Shown: in pieces, positions 48,106-61,110 of the stretch
Numbering within the stretch: position 1 is the first letter of the stretch
Layout of the letters: each line of letters starts with the position of its first letter
Assembly: GCA_030770535.1 (NCBI GenBank)
Contig: JASVEC010000020.1
Span: 496,001 to 560,000, forward strand
DNA: 64,000 nucleotides
Direction of reading: 5' to 3'
Source: Batkoa obscura
Lineage: Eukaryota
Program-made: the position numbers and the translations under genes
The notes under the pieces: generated by a model
Told to the model about the DNA's origin: nothing
The model's database searches: none
What the model saw: the letters and a program-made list of their open reading frames with translations, nothing else

Positions 48106-48409
48106 TACAATTTTGCCAAATCAAAGGACAATGCCCAATAGCAATATTATGAAGCAAGAAAAAATAAACTTGATACTCATATTGATTTAAGTAACTATTT
48201 TTGTAGTAGCTTATTTCAATAACTTTATTATATAAAATAGAATAAACGACAGCTTTTGTAGAAATAAAAGTTTAATAATATAAGTTGTAAATCATTTTTA
48301 ATAATTAAATAGCTTATATTTTAATGTATATGTGTATGTGAGCCATAATTTTGTAGTACTGGCTCAAGTGAATAAAATTCAAATGAATTAAATTACATAA
48401 TTATAGTAA

Positions 48410-49423
48410 TCAAGTAAATAAAATGGGCCACAAAGTTAGATGAGTATCAAAGTAAGTGTATGAAAACGTAAATATGATTAGCATCCTCACTATCCAACCA
48501 GATAAAATGATTATAAAGGGAAATAAATACTTAGTTTCTAAAAATGCTATATACAAAATCAACGATGGTATAAAATTAAATGATTTAAGTACCTTTTAAC
48601 GCTTCAACATTAGAAGTAAAAGTTAATAATGCTAATAACCATGAATATTGCAACCCGTGATAATCCCATATTGCCATTGCTACTAACAATAGTTTACCAA
48701 AATTGGATATTATTAAAGCAAGGGAGACATAATTATACCTTGAAATTATGAATATGAAATTATTAAAAACAAATTATTTTACTTAAATATAGCAAATTTG
48801 TATCCATAAAAGCATTGTACTAAAAACCGAATAACTATATGGTATAAAAATTGCTCTATTAAAGTAACAACAATAAGTCAAATTATAAACAAAATGCGAT
48901 AAAATTACCTATCAAAGAAAATATGGATATGTGGAAGTATTGGATTAATGGTGGCAAGTTTAACCATGTACACGAAGTACTTTCGAATATCCTTTCTATC
49001 TGAAACCATTTTATATCTTCAATTATAAATTAATAAACATAAAGTTTAACTGTTAGATAGATTACATATATCAAACAATATGATTAAAACTTCCAACCTT
49101 TTAATTGAAGACTAAAAAATTTAATACAAATCTTAAGACAAAAAATAATATTACTGGTAAGCCAACGTCACAATACTCAATCCTATTGAAGATCAAATGT
49201 CGATAAACTTGAGGTTTATGTAAAACCATATCAATTACTAAAATAACTAAATCATGTTCGATATATTTATCAGCAAACCTATGGCATCGAGTCTTTTTTG
49301 ATTTATTAGCTTTTTATTTAAAATAATATCTGGATTTACACATTTAGTCAATACTACATTTCCTTTTCCATATTCTATATATAATCTATTGACCCCATAT
49401 CCACACTCAATACATGCTGGCAT
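48410..49423 (-). CDS. ARV1: Sterol homeostasis protein Arv1 (multi-exon, not in ORF track)
   Basis: MPACIECG...LTKC...CHRFADKYIEHDLVILVIDMVLHKPQVYRHLIFN; later ALIISNFGKL and WDYH TM segments. Confidence 0.88.
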
Positions 49424-50008
49424 TTTAGATTAATATAAACATTTCATTTCTTTATGACTTAAATTTCTTTTTGAAAGTATACTTTTGCATAGATTTTGCA
49501 AACTATTATTGGATTAAAATTAAGCTTTTCTTTAAAGCTTGAGCTACCATGCTGAAAGGTTGATGTGAATTTGTATAACAAAATAGAAAAGCAATAAATT
49601 TGGTGATTATAAAAATCACCATATAAACTTTAGTTTTAATAAATGCAAATTAAAGATCAAAGGAACCTCTATAGTTGAGTTCTAGAAAAGCCTAAAAGTG
49701 GGCGATCATTCTCATTACAAACGAGGGTTAACTTAGGTTTGGTTAAAGAGAAATTCATTCCAAAAAAAGATATCTAAAAAGATAGAATTCTTGGCTCCAT
49801 ACCAAAAAGCGTTATCCAATTTATATAAAGGATTTTAACATCAATCAAATTTCACATAGTAAATAAAAATACTACATATAGAATATACTTGTTATGAAAT
49901 TTTTATTTAGAACTTTTATCCCTAGAAGTTATATTTAACATTTTAAAATTGATAAAAGAGCAAAAGTGGTTTAAAAGCAGTAACTGGTAAGGTTCCATTC
50001 AACCATAT

Positions 50009-50107
50009 GGGGATGTATTTTTGTGTTTAAGAATTTTACTAACAACTTTTCCGCTTAAATAGCGCTTAAAAAATGGAAAAAGTAATGAAGTCAAAAAAAA
50101 CATCCCC
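50009..50107 (-). mobile_element. MITE-like element (close to consensus)
   Basis: ATAT|GGGGATGTATTTTTG...AAAACATCCCC|ATAT. Confidence 0.92.
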
Positions 50108-50148
50108 ATATACTAACTCAGATGACTCAATGTGAAAAGTATATACAT

Positions 50149-50247
50149 GTAGATGTATTTTTTTGTTTAGGGATTTTACTGATAATAGCCTTTCCACACA
50201 AATAGTACTTAAAGAATGGAAAAACCAATAAAACCAAAAACACCCCC
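50149..50247 (-). mobile_element. MITE-like element (tandem neighbour)
   Basis: ACAT|GTAGATGTATTTT...AAACACCCCC|ATAT. Confidence 0.8.
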
Positions 50248-50329
50248 ATATGCCAAAATCCTTTTTTTTTAAAACACTTCTATTTTATCACTTGACAACT
50301 CTATATTATATATCAGTAATATACTATTA

Positions 50330-50860
50330 ATATGTTTGATGAGAAGGTTGATAAACTTTTAAATCAAAATGGAATCCAAATTAGGATTTGCTTAGATAGC
50401 TATTACTGTTACAGTGATAAAGTGTTTACTGATCTAGTTAGAAACAACCTTGAAATTGTTTTCATTACACTTGTAATGAGAATCACTATGAACTTTTTAA
50501 AGTATATGAAACCCAAACCCTGATTTAGAATACAACCCCAATTTAATCATTAATAAAAAGGTGTGAAATCTGGTACTCAGGGTTTGGAGTCAAGAACAGC
50601 TATTTCTGGGTTGACTACACTATAAGTCGAAGGGTCTTAGTTTATGTGACTAAGATAGACTTGGACTATGAGGAATAGCACGTAATAGGTTACAAGCTAT
50701 ATAAGACAAATAGAATAGACAATACTAATGTAAAATCTATGTAAAATACTATTAAGAAAACTTAGTGGCTTTATTAAATGTTCGAGATATCAGGAAATAA
50801 TTCAGTTAAAAGCCTCGAACTATTATACTCTGTAAACTCTTTTATACTCTGAAAAGTATA
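50330..50860 (+). mobile_element. Possible decayed piggyBac/IS4-like DDE transposase fragment
   Basis: IRICLDSYYCYSDKVFTDLVRNNLEIVFITL and YKLYKTNRIDNTN...KKT*WLY*MF loosely resemble piggyBac-type D motifs; riddled with stops; matched by eye only. Confidence 0.25.
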
Positions 50861-51026
50861 AATATCAAAATGAGAGGATAATATTCTTTTGGATGGAGCT
50901 AGAAATTCTCATAACAAATCAAAATAAGAACATGGGATTGATTTGCTCTGAGCTCGAGAACACAACAGCTTAGGCGATTGTTATGTTATAATTAACCATG
51001 GGACTGACAAAGCGATATTTCACAAT

Positions 51027-51125
51027 GGTGATGTATTTTTATGTTTAAGAATTTTACTAACAATTTTTCCGCTTAAATAGTGCTTAAAAGATACAAAAAG
51101 TAATGAGTCCAAAAAAAACATCCCC
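51027..51125 (-). mobile_element. MITE-like element
   Basis: GGTGATGTATTTT...AAAACATCCCC|ATAT. Confidence 0.87.
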
Positions 51126-51205
51126 ATATAATCGACTTTGATAAAAAATCAATTATTTCTTTAATCAAAATTACTTTAAATCTATAATATGTAATTTTAA
51201 CTATT

Positions 51206-51304
51206 GGGGGTATTCTTTTTGGTTTCATTACTTTTTCCATTTCTCAAGCACTATTTGAGCGGAAAACTCGTTAGTAAAATTCTTGAACACAAAAATACAC
51301 CCTC
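51206..51304 (+). mobile_element. MITE-like element (inverted relative to 51027 copy)
   Basis: GGGGGTATTCTTTTTGGTTTCATTAC...AATACACCCTC|ATAT. Confidence 0.87.
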
Positions 51305-51744
51305 ATATTAAAACTAAGCATAACAAAATTTTTATTGTAATTATTAAATGTAAATATTAAAATATAAAAACAATGTTTTTTGTAACTAAAAAGTAAAATT
51401 TTTTAACTATAGTTATAGCTATATTTTTATATATAACGTTTCAATACAATAAATTTTTTCAAACTGTTTTTAGCATCGTTTTTTTTAGTAAAATTATTAA
51501 GCTTCTCATATAAATGTTTTATATAACTTATAGCCTATACACATTATTTTTATATTTTATATTTGTTTTAATTATATAAAATATACAAGTATAGAATACT
51601 TATTAATAAATTATATAAAATAATAAAAATAAAGTATAATAATTATTCAAATAACCAGAATACAAATTATAAAACTAGTTTTTGTAATTTATATTATTTT
51701 GTTAAATTATTAAAAGCTATTAAAACTTTTAAATTAATTTACAT

Positions 51745-51842
51745 AAGTAACATTATTCTATTTAAGAATTTTACTAATAATTTTTCTACCCAAATAGTAC
51801 ACCTAAAAGATGAAAAAATAAGGAAGCCAAAAAAACATCCCA
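51745..51842 (-). mobile_element. MITE-like element (degenerate left end)
   Basis: tttaagaattttactaataatttttc...gaagccaaaaaaacatccca. Confidence 0.72.
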
Positions 51843-52258
51843 ATATAATGCTTATAAAAGTAATATTTATAACTTTAATAAGGCTAAATTCATAATAAAC
51901 AATATAATAAATAAGGAGTTAGAGCAAAAAATAATAATAAATATATTTCTTATATATAACTACCCAGTTAAAATATTTAACAAAAATTATTAATGTAACA
52001 CTTTAAAGCTTTTTATTAAATTATATTCTAATATTATACTTTTCAATGAAGCTATTAAATAATAATATTAAACAAATACTATAAAAAAACATATTTATAG
52101 AATAAAGCTCTTATTGATTGTAAAAAACAACATTGATTTGTTAAAAAATCTAATCAGTATTTAATAAAAAAAGACAGTTATAAGTACCAAAATTAAAAAT
52201 TAGAACCAGTTAATTAAACAGTATTATAAGAAATATAATAAAGAGTAGATCATATATC

Positions 52259-52321
52259 TTTTAAACACTCTTTAAGCGGAAAAATTGTTAGTAAAATTCT
52301 TAAACATAAAAACACACCCCC
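52259..52321 (+). mobile_element. MITE-like element, 3' half only
   Basis: tttaagcggaaaaattgttagtaaaattcttaaacataaaaacacaccccc|ATAT. Confidence 0.8.
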
Positions 52322-52436
52322 ATATACTAATATTGACTTTATTAAAATTTCATCTCAGTACTCCTGTAGTTAACTATATTTAAAAGTATGTTAAATATAA
52401 AAAAATTATTTTATTATATAGTCTATAAAAAGTTAA

Positions 52437-52518
52437 CGACAGCTACAGGATTTGAACCTGTGCGGGGAAACCCCATCAGATTTCAAGTCTGACTCCTTAA
52501 CCACTCGGACAAACTGTC
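52437..52518 (-). tRNA. tRNA-Ser(TGA)
   Basis: GACAGTTTGTCCGAGTGGTTAAGGAG TCAGA CTTGAAA TCTGA, long variable arm, CAGGTTCAAATCCTG, G discriminator; 82 nt. Confidence 0.95.
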
Positions 52519-52669
52519 AGTTAGCGTTGCTCTATAAAAAAAGAATTTTATTTAATTCACTGGTTATTTTAAAAATAAACAATTCAATCCCAATCCAATG
52601 ATTAATATTTTCGATAAAAATTAGTCAATTTGAGTTCTCTTTTTTATTCTAAGAAATCGATACATCAAG

Positions 52670-55600
52670 ATGATGACCTCAGACAATGAAAGAAAATTGA
52701 TGCGGATTTATGGTATTGGATTTTGGAAATTAGCAGTTTAATAAAAGATGATATTAATATTTTGTTACTGTATTTAGATCATCTGGAAAGAGAAGATTAT
52801 AAATCAGCACTTAATGATATGAATTTATTATTAAAAAAAATATCAAATCATTACCTTTTGGTAAGCTATTAGTTAATCTTGACATATTAAGTTAATAAAT
52901 AAATTTATTAAATAAAATTTCTTATAGTCTTTTAAAGCGTATATACTTAGTAAATTAAATAGAAGAGAGGAAGCCATAGAATTAGCTTTGAAAGTTAAGA
53001 ATAATTATCCAAAGGCTATCAGTACCATACAAAATTTAAGTATGGTATTAAAAAGCGCAGGAAAAGGTAAGTTTTTATTGAAGTTTTAATTAAACTTATG
53101 TTAGTAATATTTGGTATTTTGAATTTTAATTAATTTTTTCTCACTTATATATAGGAAAAGATATTCTGGAATTATATGAAAAAGCATACCCTGGACAAGA
53201 AAAAGACTTGGAATTTTGTACACGTTATTTTGAAGCCTTAGTTAAAGAAAAAGATTTTAAAAGTATGCAGAGTTTAACAATTAAATTACATCGTGACTTT
53301 AAAGATCGGAAATATTGGTATTGGGCCATCATGTGCTTAGTTTTACAAGCGGAGGATTTAAAGAAAAATAATCCTGAAGCTTTTAAAAAAGATATTAGTT
53401 ATGTATTAGCGGAAAGATATATCGGAAAAAGTTATCAAGAAAAAAATATTAAAAATTTTGAGGAATTTTATTTATATTATTTAGTTTTGATGGGTCAAAA
53501 TAAACAGGATTTAGCTTTAAATTGGTTAACTAATGAATTATCTGAAACTAAAATGATTAAAGATCAATTAAGGTTTACCCTTTTACCTCATTTAATTAAA
53601 ATGAAGAAATATGATGAGACAATTGTGTACTGTAAAAAGTTTATTCTGGATAATAGGTAATTTAATAATATAAGTGAATAATAGTAATGTTTTAAATTTG
53701 TTAATTCAATTTTCAATTAGTGATGATTGGTTTTATTGGAGTCATTATTTAACTGCAGTGGAGAATAAAGTTAAGGAAGAGTAAGCTTTTACTTTATTAA
53801 AAGTAAACTTTAAAATAAAATATTAATAACTTAAATAGCCAAAACCAAAACTTTATAAAAGAAGAAGAAAACTATATTAACAATATATTAAATCAACATC
53901 AAAACTCTAAAAAAGCAAAGAGGGGCCCTTATTTAGCTAAAATTAAGTTTTGGTCGATTATTAAAGGTAGTATATTATTATTAATTAAAAATCTATTAAT
54001 ATGAATTTGTTTATCTTAGAAAATATTTTTGAAATAATGTTAAATTATATCGATAAATTTGGTACTAAGTCATGTTGTTATGAGGACTTATTACCATATA
54101 TAGAAGGCACATTGGATGAATATAAAAATGATTGGAGTAATTATTTAGGCAATAAAATTCAATCAATTTCTATTAATAATAATAAGGTAAATTTAAAGTT
54201 TAATTTATATTTTAAGTAAATAATATTAATAATGTATTTTGAACTTATATAGCAAAAGGATATTCAAAATTGTCATTTATTATCGAATTTATTTAAAATT
54301 CAAAAACTAATTAATAGTCAACAAATTTATATAAATGGAAAACTCGATATTAATGTAGAAAAACATTATGATTTGATTCAACAATTAATAGATTTTTACT
54401 CAAAAGCACTATTATTAGGTAATTATTATTAAAACTAAATAAATTTATAATAAAAATAATATATTTACTAATAATTTTATTTAGGTCAAGATTTAAATAC
54501 GAGTGAAAAACAATATGGAGATGATTTCATTTTGTTAGCAAGTCATTATCTATTAGAACTATATCATTATGAAAAAGATAGTTATCATTTATTGAGTATT
54601 GCATTATTATTAGAATATGCCATTGTTAAATCTCAATTTAATTTTCATATCAAAATATTTTTAATTAATATTTATATTTTAATTGGTAAGTTAAAAATTA
54701 TTTAAATATTAAAATTAAAATAATAATTTATATTGTTATTATTTAACTAGGGGTCTATCATCGTGCTTCTAAACTTTATAATACATTGGATATTAAACAT
54801 GTTCAATTGGATACATTGAGGTAATTTACTTGTAACTATAATTATTTCATATTACTAATTAAATTCCAATATTAGTTATTTAATAATGGATGATGGGAAT
54901 AATTTAGCTCATTTTACAGAAACTTATTCTCATGGTCACAGTTCTACTAGTATTTATTTTCGTAACAGAGTAGAAGTAAGTTAATTTATTGTTTGTAATA
55001 ATTTACATATTAAATTAAATTATTTATCTTATTAAATAGACATCGGAAATGTTAGTTCAAGCATTTAAACATGGTACTTATTCCAAAGTAAGAGAGATAA
55101 CAGCATTTATATTTATATATTTATATTATAAATTAAGATTGATATTAATGTAATTATTTTATTATTTTATTAGGTCCAAGAATTTCTTCGATTTCAAAAT
55201 CGACTAGAAAACTCGTTACAAAAAAATATTAATGAATTTGAAATTTTAAGATCAGAATATCTATCTTCTTTTTTTAATGAAAAGGATTTAATAGAATTAT
55301 TAAATTCATTACCAACAGAATTCTTTGAATGGGAAGAAAGTAATTTATTTTCGTATTTATTTTGTTTATTATATTGACATTAATATTCCTATGTATTTTT
55401 AGATGATTTAATTGATAATCGAGATTTTGATGTATTTTTAAATTTTAATTTATCAACTATTCCGAATATATCAACTCATTCTTTATTAAAATTATCAAAG
55501 GTTACTAATGTAAGCGATTAAGTTGTTTTTAATATTAATATATTAACTACTTTTTTATTTAGCCTAAATTACTTCAATATCATCAATTTGATTTATATTT

Positions 55601-56604
55601 ATTAAAATTATTGTTAAATCAAAAATTTGATTCAATTAATAAAATTCAAGAAAGAATTCAACAATATGAAATAATGACAAAACAACTAGAAGTAAGTTAT
55701 CAATAGTTTATCAGTAAATTAATATTTATTTATTTAATTTTAGGAAAACAATCAATTATTGCCCATTGAAATTCACTTAAATTTAGTATCTAAATATTTG
55801 TTACAATTACTAATTGAAGTCAATAACAATGGTAAATTTTTATTGAAATCCATTTTCTTATATTTATAGTTTACATATTATATTTAGATGAAGATCGACA
55901 AAATGAAATTATTAGTCAAATTAATCAATCATTTGATGGTAGTTATTATTATTATTATTATTATTATTATTTATATCATTATTTCAATAGATACTTATAA
56001 TTTTATATTAAGTTCATTAAATGGCTTTGATTATGGTAAAGCATTAATTAATATCGTTCATTATTTTGAGGTAAAACAATATCATATCAATATCAATAAC
56101 AATGTTAATAATAACGATTTTAATTAATAGAAATTTGCATTAATTTGGTCATTTTCAAAAATATATAAAATTAAGAATCCATACCAACAAGAAAAAGAAG
56201 TAGTTAATAAGGTAGTTTTAATTTTATTCTATTAAATCTATATCATATTAATTTATTTAATTTTCCATTATTTTAGTTAATTTACAAATTAGATAGTTCT
56301 ATTAATAATCGAATCTTAACTTCTATAATGGAACTTACTAATTTAATGGAAGAGAAAGTTGACTTATTAAATACAAATTTGCCAATTGATAATGTATTAA
56401 ATTCCGTTAAACAATTTATTACTACTTTAGAAGGTGAATTAAAAGTAAGTTTTATTATTATTATTTATTATATATTAATTTAATATTAATTTATTTCAAT
56501 AGTTAGAAATCGGTACTAATTTAATTGAACATTTAATTGTGGAATTAAAATTATCGATTAAACAAATATTACATGCAATTAATTTCATAAAAAGCTTAAA
56601 TTAG
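52670..56604 (+). CDS. MDM20: NatB N-acetyltransferase auxiliary subunit Mdm20/NAA25, about 21 exons
   Basis: ERKLMRIYD, YWYWAIM, DDWFYW, RGPYLA, FGTKSCCYEDL, EKQYGDDF, LDIKHVQLDTLSY, AFKHGTYSKVQEF; the frame could be followed through 20 GT-AG introns by eye. Confidence 0.88.
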
Positions 56605-56737
56605 AACAAAATAAAATAAAAAATAAGAATCAATCATTTTTTATATATTTCATGTCTAGCATTTATTATTTGAATATATAAAAATAAAAACATAAATCAT
56701 TATCAGCATTTAAAAAAATAAGATAAAACAAGTAAGA

Positions 56738-56895
56738 CTAATAATCAGAATCGGAATTAACTTCCAATTCTATTGTAGAATCCATCAAATCTTCAGATGA
56801 TTTGGAAATCATTTTTAAACTATTGTTAATATTAGATTTAATATTTAACAAACAATCATTAGTGGATAAACTACGTTGTCGAAAATTATTAATGC

Positions 56896-56947
<52 letters not shown>

Positions 56948-57719
56948 GTTATTATTATTATTATTATTGTCATTCTGATTATTATTCCCGATATTCCTAC
57001 TTGATCCTTGTCTTAAATACTGTTGCTTATTTAATACTCCATTAAGTGATTCATTTTTTAAATTAGTTTGTAATCTACTTGTATTCCCATTAATAATATT
57101 GTTATTACTCCTACTATTATTGATTTTTGATAAAGAATCAAATTCTAAATGAATTAATTGTCTTAATTCTTCGGTACTAGTAAATGAAGGTATAGTTGTA
57201 CAGGAATTAAATTCATCTTCAAATTCACTATCTGAAGATAATTCTCTTTCATTATTATTATTACGATTATTATTATTATTATTATTTAATTGATTTCTAA
57301 ATACATTAAAAGATTGGGACCTTTCTCTATTAATTTTTGTAGGTTTATTATGTGGTTGAGCTGAGAGTATAATACCATTGGTTTCTACTCGAGATATTGT
57401 CGTTTTGGTTGGTCGTCTTAAATAAGGTAAACGTTGTGGTGATTTTATATCATTCATTGTTGAACTTATTTCACAACTTTTCATTGATGATATATTGTTG
57501 TTATTGATTACTAAAGATTGATTTATTATACTATTTTGTTCATCAAATTTAATGTCTTCTTCATTATCACTTTCATTACTTAAATTATTACTATCACCAT
57601 TTATTTCTTTTAAATCATTGTCTTCAATTGGATCTTTTAATGATATAATTTGACTTGGTTTGTAATCCTCAATATTATTTTGATTATTATTTTGATTATT
57701 ATTATTATTATTATTATTA

Positions 57720-57765
<46 letters not shown>

Positions 57766-59702
57766 ATTGTAATTGTTTTAATTTAAATTCTAATTCTTCA
57801 ATATATAACTGTTGATTAATACATTTTTGTCTATAAGATAAGGGCTGAATACTAGCTATTATTAAATAACTATTATTTTCACTATATTTAAAACCTTTAG
57901 ATATCTAATTTAAATTAAATTAATATGTTATTATTATTAGATTAATATTTAATAACAAATAATAAAATTACCAATGAACCCACTCTACAGAATTGTCTAA
58001 ACCCATTACTATCTCCCACTTTCATATCAAAAGTAAACTCTCTTATTATTGAATCTGATCGATTAGGATGTTTCTATATAATTAAATTAAGTTAATTATA
58101 AAATATACAATAAAAGATGATTTAATAATTACCAATTCAATACGAATATTATATTTACTTAATTGTATATTTCCAGATAATAAATGAATCTTTAAACAAA
58201 CATAACTTGATTTTGTTGTTGTTGATTCTATTATAATATATATATTAGTTATTTCATTTATTATTATCAAATATTTACCTATTAAACTAGACTCTAATTT
58301 CCATTTTAAACCAGAATCAATAATAATATCGGATTCAAATAATGTATCACTATTATTCTCATTAAAACTAAAAAAATAAAAATTTTGTTAATTTTATCTT
58401 TAATAGACAATCATAATGAACTTACTAACACTCTGGTATATCAAATTCAAACGATTTAAAATTAGGTAAAAAATCTTTTTCAAATGTCATATCTACATTA
58501 ATATCATCTCCTGGATTTTGTACAATTACTTGCTCTACCTAAATAATAGTTTATATTAATATTGTTATACTTTAAAATTACTATACCAATTTACTTTTTT
58601 TAATAAATGAATTACTTGTTCATCTGATTGTAATACTTTAACTTTAGATTTATTGTTAACTATCATATCTAAACTATCAATAGTTGATAATAGAAAATTG
58701 GATTGCTTTATTAAGCTATTTCTTTGAGCTAAAAAAAGAAGAATATTATTAAAATTGATTATAATAATAATATAATTCAACTTACAAAATAAAACACGGT
58801 GTTTTTCTCTTAATTGTTGTTCTAGATTAGCTTTATATTTATTAATTAAATTAATCAATTCTCTATCAGCCTAAAAACAAAAGAGAAATTATTAGAGATC
58901 GAAAACATAGAAGCAATCATTTTTTACTTACTTCGATTTTGGAACTATTACAATTATGTATTTTTTTATCAATTTCCTTCACTTTTTTATTAAATTTAAC
59001 CATTCTCTTTTTTAAAGCTGATAAATAGATTTCAATACTTTCAATTCTTTGCTCATAAATAACTTCAATTTTTTCGAATTTATGCTCTTTATGCTGATAG
59101 AATAAAACCTCATTAATTTTTTCATAGAATTAAAAATCGTTCTAAATCTTACTTTATCCCCAAACATACCACAATCCGAGCAGATAGGTATATCACAAGT
59201 ATGACAGTAATAATTCATAATAGTTTGATGTTCAGTACATGTATCGCTATCTTCCATTCTTGTTGTTAACGCTGTTTTTAAATGCTATATTAAATAAATA
59301 AATCATAATTCTAAATTCTAAATTACCACTTACCTCTTGTAACTCATCAATAAATCTACAAGGAATTAATTGAGATTGGTCAATATTAGCTCGACAATGA
59401 GGACATTCTTCTTTTTGTTCACGTAACCATTTCTATTATTTTAAAAAATATTTTATTAAAATTGAAAATTGAAAATAAATAAAATTCTTTTTCACCTTAA
59501 TACAAGCTTCACAACAAACTTTGGAACATTTGGGGCATAAATTAGGAGATTTTAAGTTACTTAAACATATATAACATTTAAATACTTCTTCAAACCAATT
59601 TGAGTGAATATTGAAATTGTTGATTGTTGATAAACTATCCATTCCTTCACGATCTCTTTTATCTTCTCCATCAATTATCCGTTTACTTTTACTAAAGCCC
59701 AT
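56738..59702 (-). CDS. TRIM37: TRIM37-like E3 ligase (RING, B-box, coiled coil, MATH, Asn-rich tail), multi-exon
   Basis: EEVFKCYICL...LCPKCSKVCCEACIKKWL...CPHCRA, CTEH...YYCHTCDIPICSDCGMFG..HKEHKF, MATH-like SGLKWKL...SKYNIRIEL...IIREFTFDMKVG. Confidence 0.8.
56897..56970. repeat. (ATT)n coding microsatellite = poly-Asn in TRIM37-like last exon
   Basis: Long ATT run translated as a poly-N tract. Confidence 0.9.
57695..57763. repeat. (ATT)n coding microsatellite = second poly-Asn in TRIM37-like last exon
   Basis: ATT run in frame after LEFKLKQLQF. Confidence 0.85.
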
Positions 59703-60811
59703 ACCGATATTAAAATTGGTATTAAATTATTAAAATAAGATTAATACAAAGTTAAAAAGTAACAACATAAGTCAAAATGGAAAGCTTTTTTAGTTTTATT
59801 ATGGTGTTATAATTCAAATTCAGTTATAAAATTCTTTTAAAAATAGTAGTTAACGCTTTAGATCGACACACTTTATGCAAATTCAATTGGCTAGATTCCA
59901 AATTGATTGTATAATAGTTAAATTTAAGGTTATGATTTTTAAACGTGGTAAATTACTAATCTAATTCAATAAAATCTAAGCAATATTTAAAATAGTTTAA
60001 TTTGTTTTATTTAAAAATAAATGTTATCTTATAATTACATGAACTGTTGCTTTTTGATAACATTTTCATTATAATAATGACAAATTAAAATATTACAAAT
60101 ACTGATCAGAATTAATAGAATAAAATATCAATTTGGAATGTTCTTAAGTGACTGCTCTATTTTTATATCAGTTTTTTATTCTTTGGTAAAAAGTTATTTT
60201 TAAATTATGATAATTGAATTCTAGCACTAGTGTTCTTGTTTGTGCTATTATTACTCAAAATGCACTATTATTTGGTTATAAATAAATACTACTAAACATT
60301 TATTTGTTTATTTATTTGAAATCCATTTATAATGTTAATGAGAATAAATATAAACAAATATAGTTTATAAAATTAGTTCCTAATTATTAAATGGTATGAT
60401 AAACTCGATTTTGACTAAGAGAATCCGAATAATGAAGTTTTTTTAATTATAGCACTAATATTTTTATCGAATGTTAAACGGAGTTATTTATAAATATTTA
60501 AAATAGTTTAATTATTAACTACCTTACAAATATCTACTTCAACCTAATAAGAACAAAACGAAATAGGATATGAACTTGATTGTACTCTTTAAATGCTATG
60601 ATAGACACAATTGTTAATAATAAAAGTAGTAAAACCCACTATAATAACTACAATCAAATGGAATATGAATTTATAAAAACCTAACCTTTACAGAAGAAAT
60701 AACACTAAAAATAGTAAATGGATGTCCATTTAAGTTTGGTGTTATTGGAGTATTTTAAATAGGTGGTTCCCAATTGCAAAAAATTGGCTACAGTCTAAAT
60801 CTAGATTGAAA

Positions 60812-60893
60812 CGACAGCTACAGGATTTGAACCTGTGCGGGGAAACCCCATCAGATTTCAAGTCTGACTCCTTAACCACTCGGACAAACTGTC
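60812..60893 (-). tRNA. tRNA-Ser(TGA), second copy
   Basis: Sequence identical to 52437..52518; the flanks are unrelated. Confidence 0.95.
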
Positions 60894-61013
60894 TTAAACT
60901 GATAAATATTCCCTAGAATTATTAATTTTAATCTAATAATTTACTCTATAACAATTATAATAAAGGATTATACTAAAAACCAGTATACTAGTATTATCTA
61001 AGTATAAACATAT

Positions 61014-61110
61014 GGGGGATACATTTTTTTGTTTATGAATTTTACTAACAGTCTTTCTGCTCAAATAGCACTTAAGAATGGAAAAAGTAATGAAATCAAA
61101 ATACATCCCC
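61014..61110 (-). mobile_element. MITE-like element
   Basis: ATAT|GGGGGATACATTTT...AATACATCCCC|ATAT. Confidence 0.87.

Noticed and set aside
52437..52518. tRNA with 'TGA' and a long variable arm as a selenocysteine or suppressor tRNA
   Set aside because: The anticodon is TGA (reads UCA, Ser), not TCA, and the acceptor stem is the normal 7 bp.
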